In this document: piece by piece, positions 10,656-21,241 of the stretch
How positions within the stretch are numbered: position 1 is the stretch's first letter
How the letters are laid out: every line of letters begins with the position of its first letter
Program-made: the position numbers and the translations under genes
Source: an uncultured cyanobacterium
GTDB lineage: Bacteria > Cyanobacteriota > Cyanobacteriia > CAKZMO01
NCBI GenBank assembly: GCA_963719515.1
Contig: CAVRCJ010000013.1
Coordinates: forward strand, 168,063-232,062
DNA: 64,000 nucleotides
Direction: 5' to 3'
The notes under the pieces: model-generated
What the model saw: the letters and a program-made list of their open reading frames with translations, nothing else
Database searches by the model: none
What the model was told of the DNA's origin: nothing

Positions 10656-12155
10656 CTAGCTTTGAGAAGACTTACGGGTAGTGGCATAGAGCTTTTGGGT
10701 CTGCTCCCGCAGCGCTTCCACGTCTTCCTCCCCCAAACGTTTGACGTAGTTGACCTTCACCTCTTCGAGCCAAGCGGCGACCAAATCAGCGATCTCTTCG
10801 TCGGCGCTGCCCTGCTGAATCTCACGGCGGAAGCTATCACCAATATCTTGAATGAGCTTGGCGGTCAGCGCTGCGCCAGTGTCGTCCTGCATAGCGCTGG
10901 TGAGACTCGCGTACAGCGCATCGTAAAGCTCTGAGACGAGCTGCTTGGCCACCCGCTCCGAGGTCGCCTCTACCCCCGGAAGCGATCGCAGCTGAGCATA
11001 CATTGGGGCAGCCATGAGCGCCGAGTGAACGTTGTGGTAGAGCAGCGCCTCCACGTCGGGCTTGACCTCGGGCAGCACCCGATAGGTCAAGGTGGACACG
11101 ATGCGATCGACAATCACCTTGATTTCATCAATATCGTTGAGGTCAATGTACTGTGCTGCGTCTGAGTTGAGCAGCGATCGCGTGACGTCGCCTTGGCGAA
11201 TCAGGTTCTGCGCTTGGTCAATCACCCGCAGAATTACTACCTCAGTCAGCTCAATGGCAAAGTTGGCGACAATACCCCGGGTAATGCGATTGCGCAGGGG
11301 CTCTAGGTCGACCAAGTTGGATTGGTTAATGCGAAAGACCACCGGAATGACCCGCAGTCCTCGCCAAAACGGCAGCAGCAAAAACAGGTCGTACCAGCGC
11401 CACATCATGGTGTCAAACCAGCTGGTATCGCTGTAGCGCCGCTGTAGCCACCAGGTGCGGGCCAGAAACTCTATCCCGAAGATGCCGATAAACCAGATGT
11501 CAATGAGGATGAAGCGATCGGTGGGAATGCCGCTCAGACCGACTAGGGGGGAGTCAATAGTGCGGTAGTAGTTCGCTTCAAACAGGGGGCGAAGCTGGCT
11601 GTTGAAAAAGGCGAGCTCTTCAGAGTAGCCCTGCTGCGTGAGATACTCCTGGCTCCAAAAGTCGTCAAGCGCCTCCTTCGAGGTTTCGAACTCTTGGCCC
11701 GTGGCGTCGCCGACGCGATCGCGAATCCGGTCTTTAATCCGCTCTAAGGCTCCGGTTTTGTTCGCGATCTCAAAGGGATTTTCGTCCACAATGGCGTCGC
11801 TACGGACGCGTAGTTCCCTTAGCAGACTACCCACCTCGGGGGAGGAAATGCCGGTTTCAACCACCTGCGCCTCGAGGTCATTCACCGTCTCCAGATAGGC
11901 GGCAGTTGCCTGCTGGGGCTCAATGCCTTTGAACCGCTCGCCGTACCAATCGGTAAACTCGGGGACAAACCGCAAATAGTAGTCCCGCAGCGGAATATAG
12001 CTATAGTCGAACAGCACCAGAGCAAAGTTCAAAAGGGCGATCGCCGCCATGATCTTCTCAAACCATCGATTACGGCGGCGGGCTGTGGCGGGCCGCTTAG
12101 CGCGTGGACTATTGCGAGGCTTGGCCCGTGGGCTGGTAGGTTGAAGGGCGGACAT
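10656..12155 (-). CDS. Hypothetical membrane protein
   Basis: 499-aa ORF with TM segments (MAAIALLNFALVLFD; IWFIGIFGIEFL; WRWYDLFLLLPFWR). Confidence 0.8.
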   Translation of the reverse strand: MSALQPTSPRAKPRNSPRAKRPATARRRNRWFEKIMAAIALLNFALVLFDYSYIPLRDYYLRFVPEFTDWYGERFKGIEPQQATAAYLETVNDLEAQVVETGISSPEVGSLLRELRVRSDAIVDENPFEIANKTGALERIKDRIRDRVGDATGQEFETSKEALDDFWSQEYLTQQGYSEELAFFNSQLRPLFEANYYRTIDSPLVGLSGIPTDRFILIDIWFIGIFGIEFLARTWWLQRRYSDTSWFDTMMWRWYDLFLLLPFWRGLRVIPVVFRINQSNLVDLEPLRNRITRGIVANFAIELTEVVILRVIDQAQNLIRQGDVTRSLLNSDAAQYIDLNDIDEIKVIVDRIVSTLTYRVLPEVKPDVEALLYHNVHSALMAAPMYAQLRSLPGVEATSERVAKQLVSELYDALYASLTSAMQDDTGAALTAKLIQDIGDSFRREIQQGSADEEIADLVAAWLEEVKVNYVKRLGEEDVEALREQTQKLYATTRKSSQS

Positions 12156-12276
12156 GACTGCTAGATTAAACCAGTGGGTCTCTCACTGTAGCTCCCACGG
12201 CACATTATTTCATGTTTGGCAGCGGATTCAGCGATATTCCGCTCACTCTCTGTAGATTTAGTCAGACTTCTGCTCT

Positions 12277-13188
12277 ATGCAAACCATCCCTCCAGTCATC
12301 TCCGAACCCGGCCTCTACTGGCGCTGGCGAGGCCAGTCTATCTACTACGTGCGAGCAGGCGAACCCCAGCCTCAGCGCCCGCCACTTCTATTTGTGCATG
12401 GCTTCGGGGCCTCGACCGACCACTGGCGCAAGAACATTGCCCAGCTTAAAGAGTCCTTTGAAGTGTGGGCTATTGACCTGCTAGGCTTTGGCCGCTCGGC
12501 AAAGCCGGACCAGGTCTACAGCGGGGAGGTGTGGCGCAACCAGCTACATGAGTTCATTACGGAGGTCATAGGTCGGCCTGCGGTACTGGCGGGCAATTCT
12601 TTGGGAGGCTACGCTTGCCTATGCGTGGCGGCCCAGCGTCCCGAGTCGGCGGCAGGGCTAGTGCTGATCAACAGCGCCGGACCTTTTAGCAATACCACAC
12701 CGGTCGTCAAAAGCCCCATGGCTGAGGCTTGGAGCACCTTAGTCCGCAGCGTATTGGGTCAACAGTGGGCCAGCTTTCTGCTGTTTCAGTATGTGCGCCA
12801 GCGGTGGATGATTCGCAAGACGCTGGCGCAGGTGTATGTGGACCAAAGCGCCATCACAGACCAGCTGGTCGAGGATATCTATCGCCCCTCCTGCGATGCG
12901 GGTGCTCCTGGCGTGTTTGCGTCGGTGTTTAGCTCGCCGCAGGGCGAAAATGTGGATCTGCTGCTGAGAGAGATGCGCTGTCCGCTGCTGATGCTTTGGG
13001 GGGAGGGTGATCCTTGGATTCGAGCGCGGGAGCGCAGCGTTAAGTTTCGGGAGGTGCGCCCTGAACTGACGGAGCATTTTTTGAATGCGGGGCATTGCCC
13101 TCACGATGAGGTGCCGGAGCAGGTAAACCAGCTGCTTACAGATTGGGTGTTGCAGGAATGTGCGCCTGGGGGAGGGGATTTTTCGTAG
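12277..13188 (+). CDS. Alpha/beta-fold hydrolase
   Basis: HGFGAS, DLLGFGRS, nucleophile elbow GNSLGG, GHCPHDE. Confidence 0.93.
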   Translation: MQTIPPVISEPGLYWRWRGQSIYYVRAGEPQPQRPPLLFVHGFGASTDHWRKNIAQLKESFEVWAIDLLGFGRSAKPDQVYSGEVWRNQLHEFITEVIGRPAVLAGNSLGGYACLCVAAQRPESAAGLVLINSAGPFSNTTPVVKSPMAEAWSTLVRSVLGQQWASFLLFQYVRQRWMIRKTLAQVYVDQSAITDQLVEDIYRPSCDAGAPGVFASVFSSPQGENVDLLLREMRCPLLMLWGEGDPWIRARERSVKFREVRPELTEHFLNAGHCPHDEVPEQVNQLLTDWVLQECAPGGGDFS

Positions 13189-13234
13189 GATTTGGATAAA
13201 TGGGGAATTGCGGTGAACGGGGGGGATGAGGGGC

Positions 13235-13264
13235 GGTGGGTTGCGCCAGCGTAACCCACCCTAC
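13235..13264 (-). repeat. GTAG-type REP-like palindrome between convergent genes
   Basis: Minus strand GTAG-GGTGGGTTACG-ctgg-CGCAACCCACC. Confidence 0.55.
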
Positions 13265-14376
13265 GGGGCTTCGACGATGGCTCCGCTCTTGACCGTCAAC
13301 ACTTGAGACGATCGCAGCCACTGGGCGTCAAACGCCCCCAAATGCGTTGTGGTGATGACGGTTTGGAAGCGCTCTTGAATTGCATCTAGCAGGTGGTTTT
13401 GCCGCGTTAGGTCTAGCTCTGCTAGCACGTCATCTAGCAACAGCAGCGGCGGCTCCCCCACCACCGTCTCAATCAACATCAGCTCCGCCAGCTTTAGCGA
13501 CAGCACTAGGGTGCGCTGCTGCCCCTGCGACCCATACTGACGGGCGGGGGTGTCATTGATGATGAATTCAACGTCGTCGCGGTGCGGCCCTACGAGTGAG
13601 GTGCCCTGGTGGGTTTCGGCGGTGGCCCGCTCCTGTATCCTCTCCAGGAAAACCTGTTGAATCACCTGGGGATCATCGCTGCCGGTAGAGACATTGGGAC
13701 CGTAGTCTATCGTCAGGGCTTCGCTGCCGTGGCTAATGGCCTGATGCCAACGCTGGGCAATCGGGGTAAGGCGGCGGATGACGCGGGCGCGGCGGCGGAT
13801 GACGCGGGTGCCCGTGGCGGCCAGCTGGGCATCCCACAGGGCCATCTGCGACTGTTCGGGCGCGACGCCCGTGGACTGCTTGAGCAACGCGTTGCGCTGC
13901 CGCAAAACCTGGTGATACTCCTGGAGGATGTAGGCATAGACCGGTTCGAGCTGCATCAGCAGCGTATCGAGCCAGCGCCGCCGCCCGCTGGGACTACCCC
14001 GCACCAGATCCAAATCCAGGCTAGAAAACTGCACCGCGTTCATCAGGGGCAAAAAGTCGAGCTGCCGCCTCAGGGTCTCGCCATTTACCGCCACGGTGCG
14101 GCGGCCGCTTTTGCGCAGGGTCATGCTCAGGCTGACGGGACCGCTATCCCGCTTGAGCCGGGCGTCGATGCGCCCCGCTGTTTCCGGGTCCATCACCAGC
14201 TCTCGGTCCCGTAAGGCCCGGTGCGATCGCAAGCTGGCGAGCAGCTCCACCGCTTCTAACAGGTTGGACTTTCCCTGAGCGTTATTGCCCACCACAATGG
14301 TTTTCGGGGCAGTGAACGACACCATCTGATCGGCGTAGTTGCGAAACTGGTAGAGGTGGAGAAGCTCCAGGTACAT
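13261..14376 (-). CDS. recF: DNA replication/repair protein RecF
   Basis: FRNY, Walker A GNNAQGKSN, GPHRDD, GSQGQQR, LLLDDVLAELD. Confidence 0.98.
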   Translation of the reverse strand: MYLELLHLYQFRNYADQMVSFTAPKTIVVGNNAQGKSNLLEAVELLASLRSHRALRDRELVMDPETAGRIDARLKRDSGPVSLSMTLRKSGRRTVAVNGETLRRQLDFLPLMNAVQFSSLDLDLVRGSPSGRRRWLDTLLMQLEPVYAYILQEYHQVLRQRNALLKQSTGVAPEQSQMALWDAQLAATGTRVIRRRARVIRRLTPIAQRWHQAISHGSEALTIDYGPNVSTGSDDPQVIQQVFLERIQERATAETHQGTSLVGPHRDDVEFIINDTPARQYGSQGQQRTLVLSLKLAELMLIETVVGEPPLLLLDDVLAELDLTRQNHLLDAIQERFQTVITTTHLGAFDAQWLRSSQVLTVKSGAIVEAP

Positions 14377-14616
14377 AAGGGCGCTAGAGGGGGGCGCTAG
14401 GGGGCCGTGCCATTGCCTATCTTACCGTTAGCCCCGACTGCCGCCTCAAAGCTGCCTCAAAGGATGTTATCCCAGAAAGGATTTGCGATACGATTGGAGA
14501 TCTGAAGATTTAAGCCGCCGTAACCAAGCTCATCCCTGAGCGCTAACGCCATTGGGGCTGTCGGTCTCAGCCCTCAATGAAGCTGCCCAGTTCTTTAAGA
14601 CAAGGATTACCAATTC

Positions 14617-15681
14617 ATGGATATGACAGCGTTGGTGTTACTCATTGCTGGGCTGGCGCTGTTGGTTGTAGGTGCGGAGGTGCTGGTGCGGGGGGCGTCG
14701 CGGATCGCCGTTCTACTGCGCATTTCCCCACTAATTATTGGCCTCACTATTGTGGCTTATGGAACTAGCGCCCCGGAAATGGCGGTGAGCATTCAGTCGA
14801 ACCTGGCAGGAGAGGCGGGCATCTCGGTGGGCAACGTGGTGGGCAGCAACATCGTCAACGTGCTGCTAATTTTGGGGATCTCCTCGGTGGTGGTGCCGCT
14901 GGTGGTGGCGCAGCAGCTGATTCGCCTCGATGTGCCCATCATGATTGGGGTGTCGGTGCTGCTGCCGTTCTTGGCGCTAGATGGAAACCTGGGCAAGCTG
15001 GACGGCGGGCTGCTGTTTGCAGGGGCGGTAGTCTACACCTGGTTTTTGTTTCGCGAGGGGCGGGAAGAGGATCTAGACGTCGAGACGACTGCCGGGACAT
15101 CGCGATCGCTGCGGCCTTGGATTGTCAATATTGGTCTGGTTTTGGGGGGCGTCGTCATGCTGACCCTAGGGTCGAATTGGCTGGTGGAAGGCGCGATTAT
15201 CCTGGCTCAGGCAATTGGGGTGAGCAACTTCGTCATTGGCTTGACGGTGGTGGCCCTGGGGACGTCGCTGCCGGAGTTAGTGACCTCGGTAGTGGCGAGC
15301 ATGAAAGGGGAGCGGGATATGGCGGTGGGCAATGTGGTAGGCAGCAATATCTTTAATATTTTGGCGGTGCTGGGGGTGGCGAGCCTGATCTCCCCTGGCG
15401 GCATCGACGTGTCTCCGGCGGCGCTGAATTTCGACATTCCGGTGATGATTGCGGTGGCGGTCGCCTGTTTGCCCATCTTCTTTTCAGGAAACGTGATTTC
15501 CCGCTGGGAGGGGTGGCTGTTTTTGGCCCACTACGCGGCCTATACGACCTATCTCATTCTCAAAGCGACGGATCACGATGCCCTGCCGATTTTTAGTACG
15601 GTGCTGATCGTGTTTGTCATTCCGCTGACGGTGATTACGCTGATGACGATCTCGTGGCGGTCGATGCACAAAGCAAGGTAG
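14617..15681 (+). CDS. Calcium/sodium antiporter (YrbG-like, CaCA family)
   Basis: Two alpha repeats GTSAPE...GNVVGSNI and GTSLPE...GNVVGSNI. Confidence 0.93.
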   Translation: MDMTALVLLIAGLALLVVGAEVLVRGASRIAVLLRISPLIIGLTIVAYGTSAPEMAVSIQSNLAGEAGISVGNVVGSNIVNVLLILGISSVVVPLVVAQQLIRLDVPIMIGVSVLLPFLALDGNLGKLDGGLLFAGAVVYTWFLFREGREEDLDVETTAGTSRSLRPWIVNIGLVLGGVVMLTLGSNWLVEGAIILAQAIGVSNFVIGLTVVALGTSLPELVTSVVASMKGERDMAVGNVVGSNIFNILAVLGVASLISPGGIDVSPAALNFDIPVMIAVAVACLPIFFSGNVISRWEGWLFLAHYAAYTTYLILKATDHDALPIFSTVLIVFVIPLTVITLMTISWRSMHKAR

Positions 15682-16536
15682 TCCGCCGGTTGAAGGGGCC
15701 AGTGCTGACAGGGTGCGTCGGAGCAGTCGCTATCTGAGCAAAGGCAAACAAAGGCGCTGATGCGGCCTAAGGACATCACAGAATTTAGGCTCGCTTAGGA
15801 GAGTGCTAGATTTGTTTGCACGTGCAAAATTTTCATAACTTAATAGATTTATTTGGTAACCTACTCGTTGAGGCTTTTGTTGGGATAGCGGAAAAAGGTG
15901 ACTTTCTTCTCATCTACAGGGTGTAAAAGCAGCTCTTTTATGAAGTGCGATCGCCGCTATCAGCCACCACCAGTTGGCTGACTATCTCAATGTTCTTAGA
16001 GCTGCGCTACTCGTGAAGTATCAGAGCTACAACCGTCTCAATCTTTAGCCGTGACATACTCCCGACGCTCATTCTACGAATAGAGCGCGGGCTTCTTGGC
16101 TCGCGCACCACAAATGAATGGGTACCGCACAAGAAAGTTTCCTGCTTCTCCTGGTCTTGTCTAGCCAAACAGCAAGCTGTATGACCCCGATTAGATCCCA
16201 TCCACAGGCAATTTATTTTACGTCCAGGCAATGACCAACCCCAGACAGACTACTTTTTTGAGCTTCCTTTCTTCCAAAAACTGTGTCGCGTCACCGTTAT
16301 GTTTTCTATGGGTGATATTTTTCTCGACGAACACTCTGGAGGGGTGGAAAACCTTGTAAACAGTTGATATGTATACATTCTAGCATGAATAAGGATTGTT
16401 CGCCTTTGGCTCACGCGCCTTTCATCCCGACGCTGATGCTGCGCATACAGCGCGGGACTTCCCGTCTAAGAGTTAAAAAGCAATAGTTCTATAAAGGCGA
16501 GTTTGAGGCAATAACCTTTAGAGAGAGGCAAAAACT

Positions 16537-18009
16537 ATGCTGCAAAGTAGAGAAAACGCAACGCTCAAAACGTTAGAGGGATATGATCTCTTCGTTTTTG
16601 GAGATAGTCTTTCCGATATTGGCACCCTGTTTACCTTGACAGGGGGATTAATTCCCCCCAGCCCGCCTTACTTCGAAGGTCGTTTTTCTAATGGGCCTAT
16701 TGCAGCCGAAGTTCTAGCAGATCAGCTCGGTGTGGGCCATTCGCAGGCGACTAACTTTGCCGTTGGCGGGGCGCGGACTGGGCCAGGCAACAACCAGGAC
16801 ACCGACGCCGTTCAGTTTGGGGGTCTACTGACCCAAATTGAACGCTTCTCTGCCCAGGCTGATGCGCTTGGTGCCGATGCGGAGGATCTTTACCTAATTT
16901 GGGCAGGTGGCAATGATTTTCTAGCGTTGGCCAGCGACCCTTCTGCTGACCCAACGTCCGTCGTTGCGGAAGCCGTCTCAAACATTGTGACAGCAGTGAC
17001 TAGCCTCGCGAGCTCCGGTGCCCAAGACATCGCGGTTACCCTGCTCCCCAATTCGGGGCGAATTCCACTGAGCCTGCAGGCCAATTTGTTAGAGCCTTTG
17101 ACCGCGTTAACTGTCGCATTCAACGGCGCTTTGTCAAATGCTCTAGGTGCCTTAGAGAGCAGTATCGAGGGGGTCAATATCATCCTCACTGACCTCTTCC
17201 CCATCGCAGAGGCGATCGCTCAATCTCCGGGAGACTTCGGATTCGAGAATGTGGCCGAGCCCTATTTATCGGGCTTAATTCCAAGCGATCCAACTGCTGA
17301 TCCTGATACATTTTTCTTTTGGGATCCTATTCACCCCACAAGCCCTGCCCATGCCATCTTTGCTGAGGTCTTTTATGAGAGTTTTGTTACTGGCATTAGC
17401 GATGACATCAAGCTCATCGGCACGACCGACGCCGACAGGCTCGTCACCTTTAGCGGCGATGACACGCTGAGAGGACGTCAGGGTGATGACGTTTTGATCG
17501 GCAACCTGGGGAACGACCATCTCTATGGCAATGTTGGTTTGGATAGCCTACGGGGCGGTGAAGGCAATGATTTGCTCGACGGGGGTCTAAATGGCGATCG
17601 CCTTATTGGAGGCAGCGGTAACGATCTGTTGATGGGACAACGGGGGCCAGATGTTCTCATTGGCGTCAATCCGAATTCGGAGAATCTAGGCAAGCGAGAG
17701 ATTGACGTGATGGTTGGGGGCAAACAGGCAGATACTTTCGTTCTGGGTGATGAGGCTAGAAGTTTCTACGACGATGGCAATCCGAACAGACCTGGGCTGC
17801 GAGATTTTGCGCTTATTACCGATCTTCAGAGAAGAGATACCATTCAGCTCCATGGCGAGGCCAGTCGCTATACGTTGGCTGAGGCCCCAGCTTTTCTAGG
17901 ATCGGGAACCGCAATCTTCCTAGATACCGAGGGCGATCGCGAGCTGATTGGTGTTGTGAGCGGCGATATTGCGCTGAGTCTCGATAGCCCCACAATCAGC
18001 TTCGTATAG
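16537..18009 (+). CDS. SGNH/GDSL hydrolase with C-terminal RTX Ca2+-binding repeats
   Basis: FGDSLSD, GRFSNG, GGND, DPIHP; GGxGxD nonapeptides. Confidence 0.9.
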   Translation: MLQSRENATLKTLEGYDLFVFGDSLSDIGTLFTLTGGLIPPSPPYFEGRFSNGPIAAEVLADQLGVGHSQATNFAVGGARTGPGNNQDTDAVQFGGLLTQIERFSAQADALGADAEDLYLIWAGGNDFLALASDPSADPTSVVAEAVSNIVTAVTSLASSGAQDIAVTLLPNSGRIPLSLQANLLEPLTALTVAFNGALSNALGALESSIEGVNIILTDLFPIAEAIAQSPGDFGFENVAEPYLSGLIPSDPTADPDTFFFWDPIHPTSPAHAIFAEVFYESFVTGISDDIKLIGTTDADRLVTFSGDDTLRGRQGDDVLIGNLGNDHLYGNVGLDSLRGGEGNDLLDGGLNGDRLIGGSGNDLLMGQRGPDVLIGVNPNSENLGKREIDVMVGGKQADTFVLGDEARSFYDDGNPNRPGLRDFALITDLQRRDTIQLHGEASRYTLAEAPAFLGSGTAIFLDTEGDRELIGVVSGDIALSLDSPTISFV

Positions 18010-18447
18010 ACGCAGCGGTTTCCTTCAACGTAACCGCTCCCCTTCAGCGGACTACCTTGGCCTTTCAGAAATGCGCCGGATTGCCGCGATCGCTTTTCTA
18101 GGGAAATCTACGGGGTCTGCTCCCCCGATTTTCCTGAAACCCCGCGCTCATGGTGACTTCTACCTCCGCGAGCTCTTCCAAGAAAGCTTCCGCACGTCCG
18201 CATTGGAAAAACTGCCAAAATCTGCTGGCGCTTGCATGGCCTCGCTTTCGGTAGAGAGATACTGCCGGTAAAAAAAACCTCTTCTATCCCATTCCCTTTC
18301 CAATGGGGTCAATCAAAAAGGAATATAAGGCGTCGGTCACCTGCAAATTTACTGATTTAGCTTTGCATGAACGCCAGAAGTTCACCGTATAACCTTCTAG
18401 ACAGTTCAGCGCAGCTTCAGGCAGTTTGGATCCTATTGGAGGTTACT

Positions 18448-18642
18448 ATGCAACTCAATTATTGCGGCATCGACGTCGACTATTTTCCCGACGCTCAAGC
18501 AAACCGCTCGCCAACAATGGCCTGTGTCGCGAGAATTCCCGTCACAAGTAAAATGAAGCTATCTCCTAGAGCAGCAGGCCTGCTGGTTTCAGCCACGGCT
18601 ACTGTAGAGCAGCCAGTCGCAATCGCGATGGAGGAAGAGTAG
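18448..18642 (+). CDS. Small protein, weakly DUF4278-like (64 aa)
   Basis: GGAGG RBS before ATG 18448; N-terminus MQLNYCGIDVDY resembles the M.L.YRG motif. Confidence 0.35.
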   Translation: MQLNYCGIDVDYFPDAQANRSPTMACVARIPVTSKMKLSPRAAGLLVSATATVEQPVAIAMEEE

Positions 18643-18646
18643 CGTT

Positions 18647-21241
18647 CTATAGCCAGTTCCCCACCAGCACAAACGATGACCAGAAAACTGGAGCCCGATA
18701 GTCTGGGTCACCAAGCAAGGCCAGCTGAGCCCGCTGCAGCGCTTCAGCCTTAGAAATATTGGCATTGGCAAGCTCGTCGTAGAGATGGCTAACCAACAGG
18801 GCCCCCGACGCATCGTCTAAGCTCCACAGCGACGCTATCGTACTGCGCGCCCCTGCCTGCACGGCAACCCCCGCTAACCCCAGCGCTGCCCGCCCATCTC
18901 CTGTAGCCGTCTCGCAAGCGCTCAAAATAAGCAGCTCGATAGGCGCTTTGCGGGTTTCGTCGCCGGCTCTCAAAACGGCGCTGATTTCGTTGACGTTTAA
19001 GGGGCCGTCCCAGGTGAGAATAAACGTCTCGTCCGCTTGTGAGCTAAATTGTCCGTGGGTCGCCAAGTGCACAACCGGGTAGGGCGAGGATTCCACCTGC
19101 TCTCGCAGCGCTTCGCGGGTAAAAGCCTGATCCACAAGCACGCGGCTAGGGACTGTCGCTTCAACCTGCGCTAACTCTGCGCCCACGTTCTCCAAAGCGC
19201 CAAATCCATGCCGCGCCTCCGTCAGCCCGCCTGCTAAAGCTCTAATCCTTTGCTGCCTTAACGGTCTAGGGGCGATGAGCCGTAGGCCTGAGGTCAGGGC
19301 GATGCTGTAGTTTTCGACTAAATAGTGCTCTCCATCAAACAGCGCCGCCATCGGCACCGAGCGCAAGACGCCATCCGGCACAAACACCAGGGTCTTCACC
19401 CCACTCTCCTGTAAGTCCACCTCAATCGGACGAATCAGCCACCCATACGCCACTTCACCTAGTGTCTTACCGGCAGGGGTAACGAAAGGGCGCGTCAAGT
19501 TTTGTCGTAGAGCGTCCAAAGTTTCCTTGACTTGTTCACCGGGAACCTCAATTCTGCGGCGCTGGAGGGGGCGATCCGGCAGACTGACGATTACCTCCAG
19601 GCGATCGCTCAGAACAATGGGATAGATAATAGCTGCGTCGGTCTGGTCGATATCGTCTAAGGCGACCGTCTGCCCTTCTATACAGGCCGACTGAAAAAAG
19701 TTGTTGAGCTCCGCCAGCTGCAGCGACTCAATCACCTTGCGGGCCTGCTGCATCCGCGCAGGGGAGGGATAGTCGGGGCTGAGCAGCAGATCGACGTAAT
19801 CGCGGTAGACAGGCTCTACGCTTTCCCGGAAAGAAAACTGCTGGTCGGAGGCGATAGTGGCCAAATCGTAGCGCAAAGCCTGCAGGGACAAAAAAGCGCC
19901 CTCGTAAGCTGACATCGCTCCATCGCGCTGCCCCCGCGCCTTGAGAATGCGGCCTAGCTGCCACTGCCACTGGTAGGCAACGTCGTTAGCGTTTAGAGAC
20001 TGGGCGATCAGCAGCGCGCCTTCCGTGACATCTTTGGCAATCGCCCACTGTCGGGTCGCTTCGTAGGCGCTACCCAAATAGCCCATAGCGTAGGCTTCGG
20101 CGTAGCGATCGCCGATGGCCTGGGCCTGCTGCATCGCTGTCCCCAGCAGAGCGGCGGCCTGCGCTATTGCGCCTGGCCGCCGTGACTGAATTAGATGATG
20201 GGCGAAACTAGTCTGGGCATAGAGGCTGGCGCGGCTTGGTGGTAGAGACTTGAACTGAAGCTGGAGAGAGTCCGCCAGGGTTTGTGCAGCGCCCCATGCC
20301 TTCATTTCTACGAGCAGGCTGAATTGATTTCCCCCCGCCTGAGCCTGCTGTAGGGAATCGGCGGCGATCGCCTCCGCCTGACGGTAGAACGCTAGGGCTT
20401 CTGAAGCCTGCTGCTGCCTTCGAGCGAGGTGTCCCAAGCTCAAGAGAAGGGCTGCTTGCTCCCGCAGCATAGACTGGGCTTGGGCGATTTCTAGGCACTG
20501 AGCAAAGGCCGCCGCTGCCGCATCGAAGTCGCCGATGACCCGCAGCGTGTCTCCGAGGCTGTGCAGCCCTAACACCTGCAGCTCAAGGTCGCTCTGGTCT
20601 AGCTCGGTCTGAACCTGGTCGAGAACGCGGCGGGCCTGAAGGAAATAGCCCAACGATTGGAGGGTACGGGCCTGGTTGATGAGGCTACCGGTGTAGCGCC
20701 GGGGGTCGCCAGCCTGCTGGTAAAAAGCTCCAGCCCGTTGCCAGCTCTCTAGAGCAGGGGCGAGTGAGCCTTGAGCAAACTGCAGAGCCCCCTGGGTATT
20801 GAGCACCTGGCCCTGAATTACGAGGGTCTGGTGAGAGTCTTGGCTCCCACCGCTGGCTCGCCACTGCTTAAGCTGCTCTATGCTTTGAGCGATCGCCGCT
20901 GTTGCCTGCGGCCACTCGCCTGAGTACTGATGGGCTAGGGAGAGATAGCTGAGGGCCAGCGCCTGATGGAGGCGATCGCCCTGCACCTCAAAACTTTGGG
21001 CGGCAGATTGCCACGCGCCGATAGCTTCGCCAATCCGCTGACTTTGGTAGGCGGCTCGTCCCGCATCAAGCTGGTCTAGGGCCTGCTTTCCCGGCTCAGT
21101 AAGCCCCTGTTCAGCTGGCGTTGCCGATTGGACCTTGCCAAGGCCGACAAAAGTAGGGGCCGCGCCCTGAAAAACTGCGAGGAGTAGCGCCAGTGAGAAC
21201 CCCACAACTAGGGAGCGCGATCGCCTTAGGAGCTGGATCAT
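18647..21241 (-). CDS. TPR-repeat CHAT (caspase-like) protease with N-terminal signal/anchor
   Basis: TPR-like helices; CHAT motifs VPDGVL, HLATHG (His), LSACET (Cys), ASLW, WSSFVLVGNWL. Confidence 0.92.
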   Translation of the reverse strand: MIQLLRRSRSLVVGFSLALLLAVFQGAAPTFVGLGKVQSATPAEQGLTEPGKQALDQLDAGRAAYQSQRIGEAIGAWQSAAQSFEVQGDRLHQALALSYLSLAHQYSGEWPQATAAIAQSIEQLKQWRASGGSQDSHQTLVIQGQVLNTQGALQFAQGSLAPALESWQRAGAFYQQAGDPRRYTGSLINQARTLQSLGYFLQARRVLDQVQTELDQSDLELQVLGLHSLGDTLRVIGDFDAAAAAFAQCLEIAQAQSMLREQAALLLSLGHLARRQQQASEALAFYRQAEAIAADSLQQAQAGGNQFSLLVEMKAWGAAQTLADSLQLQFKSLPPSRASLYAQTSFAHHLIQSRRPGAIAQAAALLGTAMQQAQAIGDRYAEAYAMGYLGSAYEATRQWAIAKDVTEGALLIAQSLNANDVAYQWQWQLGRILKARGQRDGAMSAYEGAFLSLQALRYDLATIASDQQFSFRESVEPVYRDYVDLLLSPDYPSPARMQQARKVIESLQLAELNNFFQSACIEGQTVALDDIDQTDAAIIYPIVLSDRLEVIVSLPDRPLQRRRIEVPGEQVKETLDALRQNLTRPFVTPAGKTLGEVAYGWLIRPIEVDLQESGVKTLVFVPDGVLRSVPMAALFDGEHYLVENYSIALTSGLRLIAPRPLRQQRIRALAGGLTEARHGFGALENVGAELAQVEATVPSRVLVDQAFTREALREQVESSPYPVVHLATHGQFSSQADETFILTWDGPLNVNEISAVLRAGDETRKAPIELLILSACETATGDGRAALGLAGVAVQAGARSTIASLWSLDDASGALLVSHLYDELANANISKAEALQRAQLALLGDPDYRAPVFWSSFVLVGNWL

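Noticed and set aside
18300..18447. Glutamine riboswitch upstream of the DUF4278-like ORF
   Set aside because: The conserved core motifs were not recognisable
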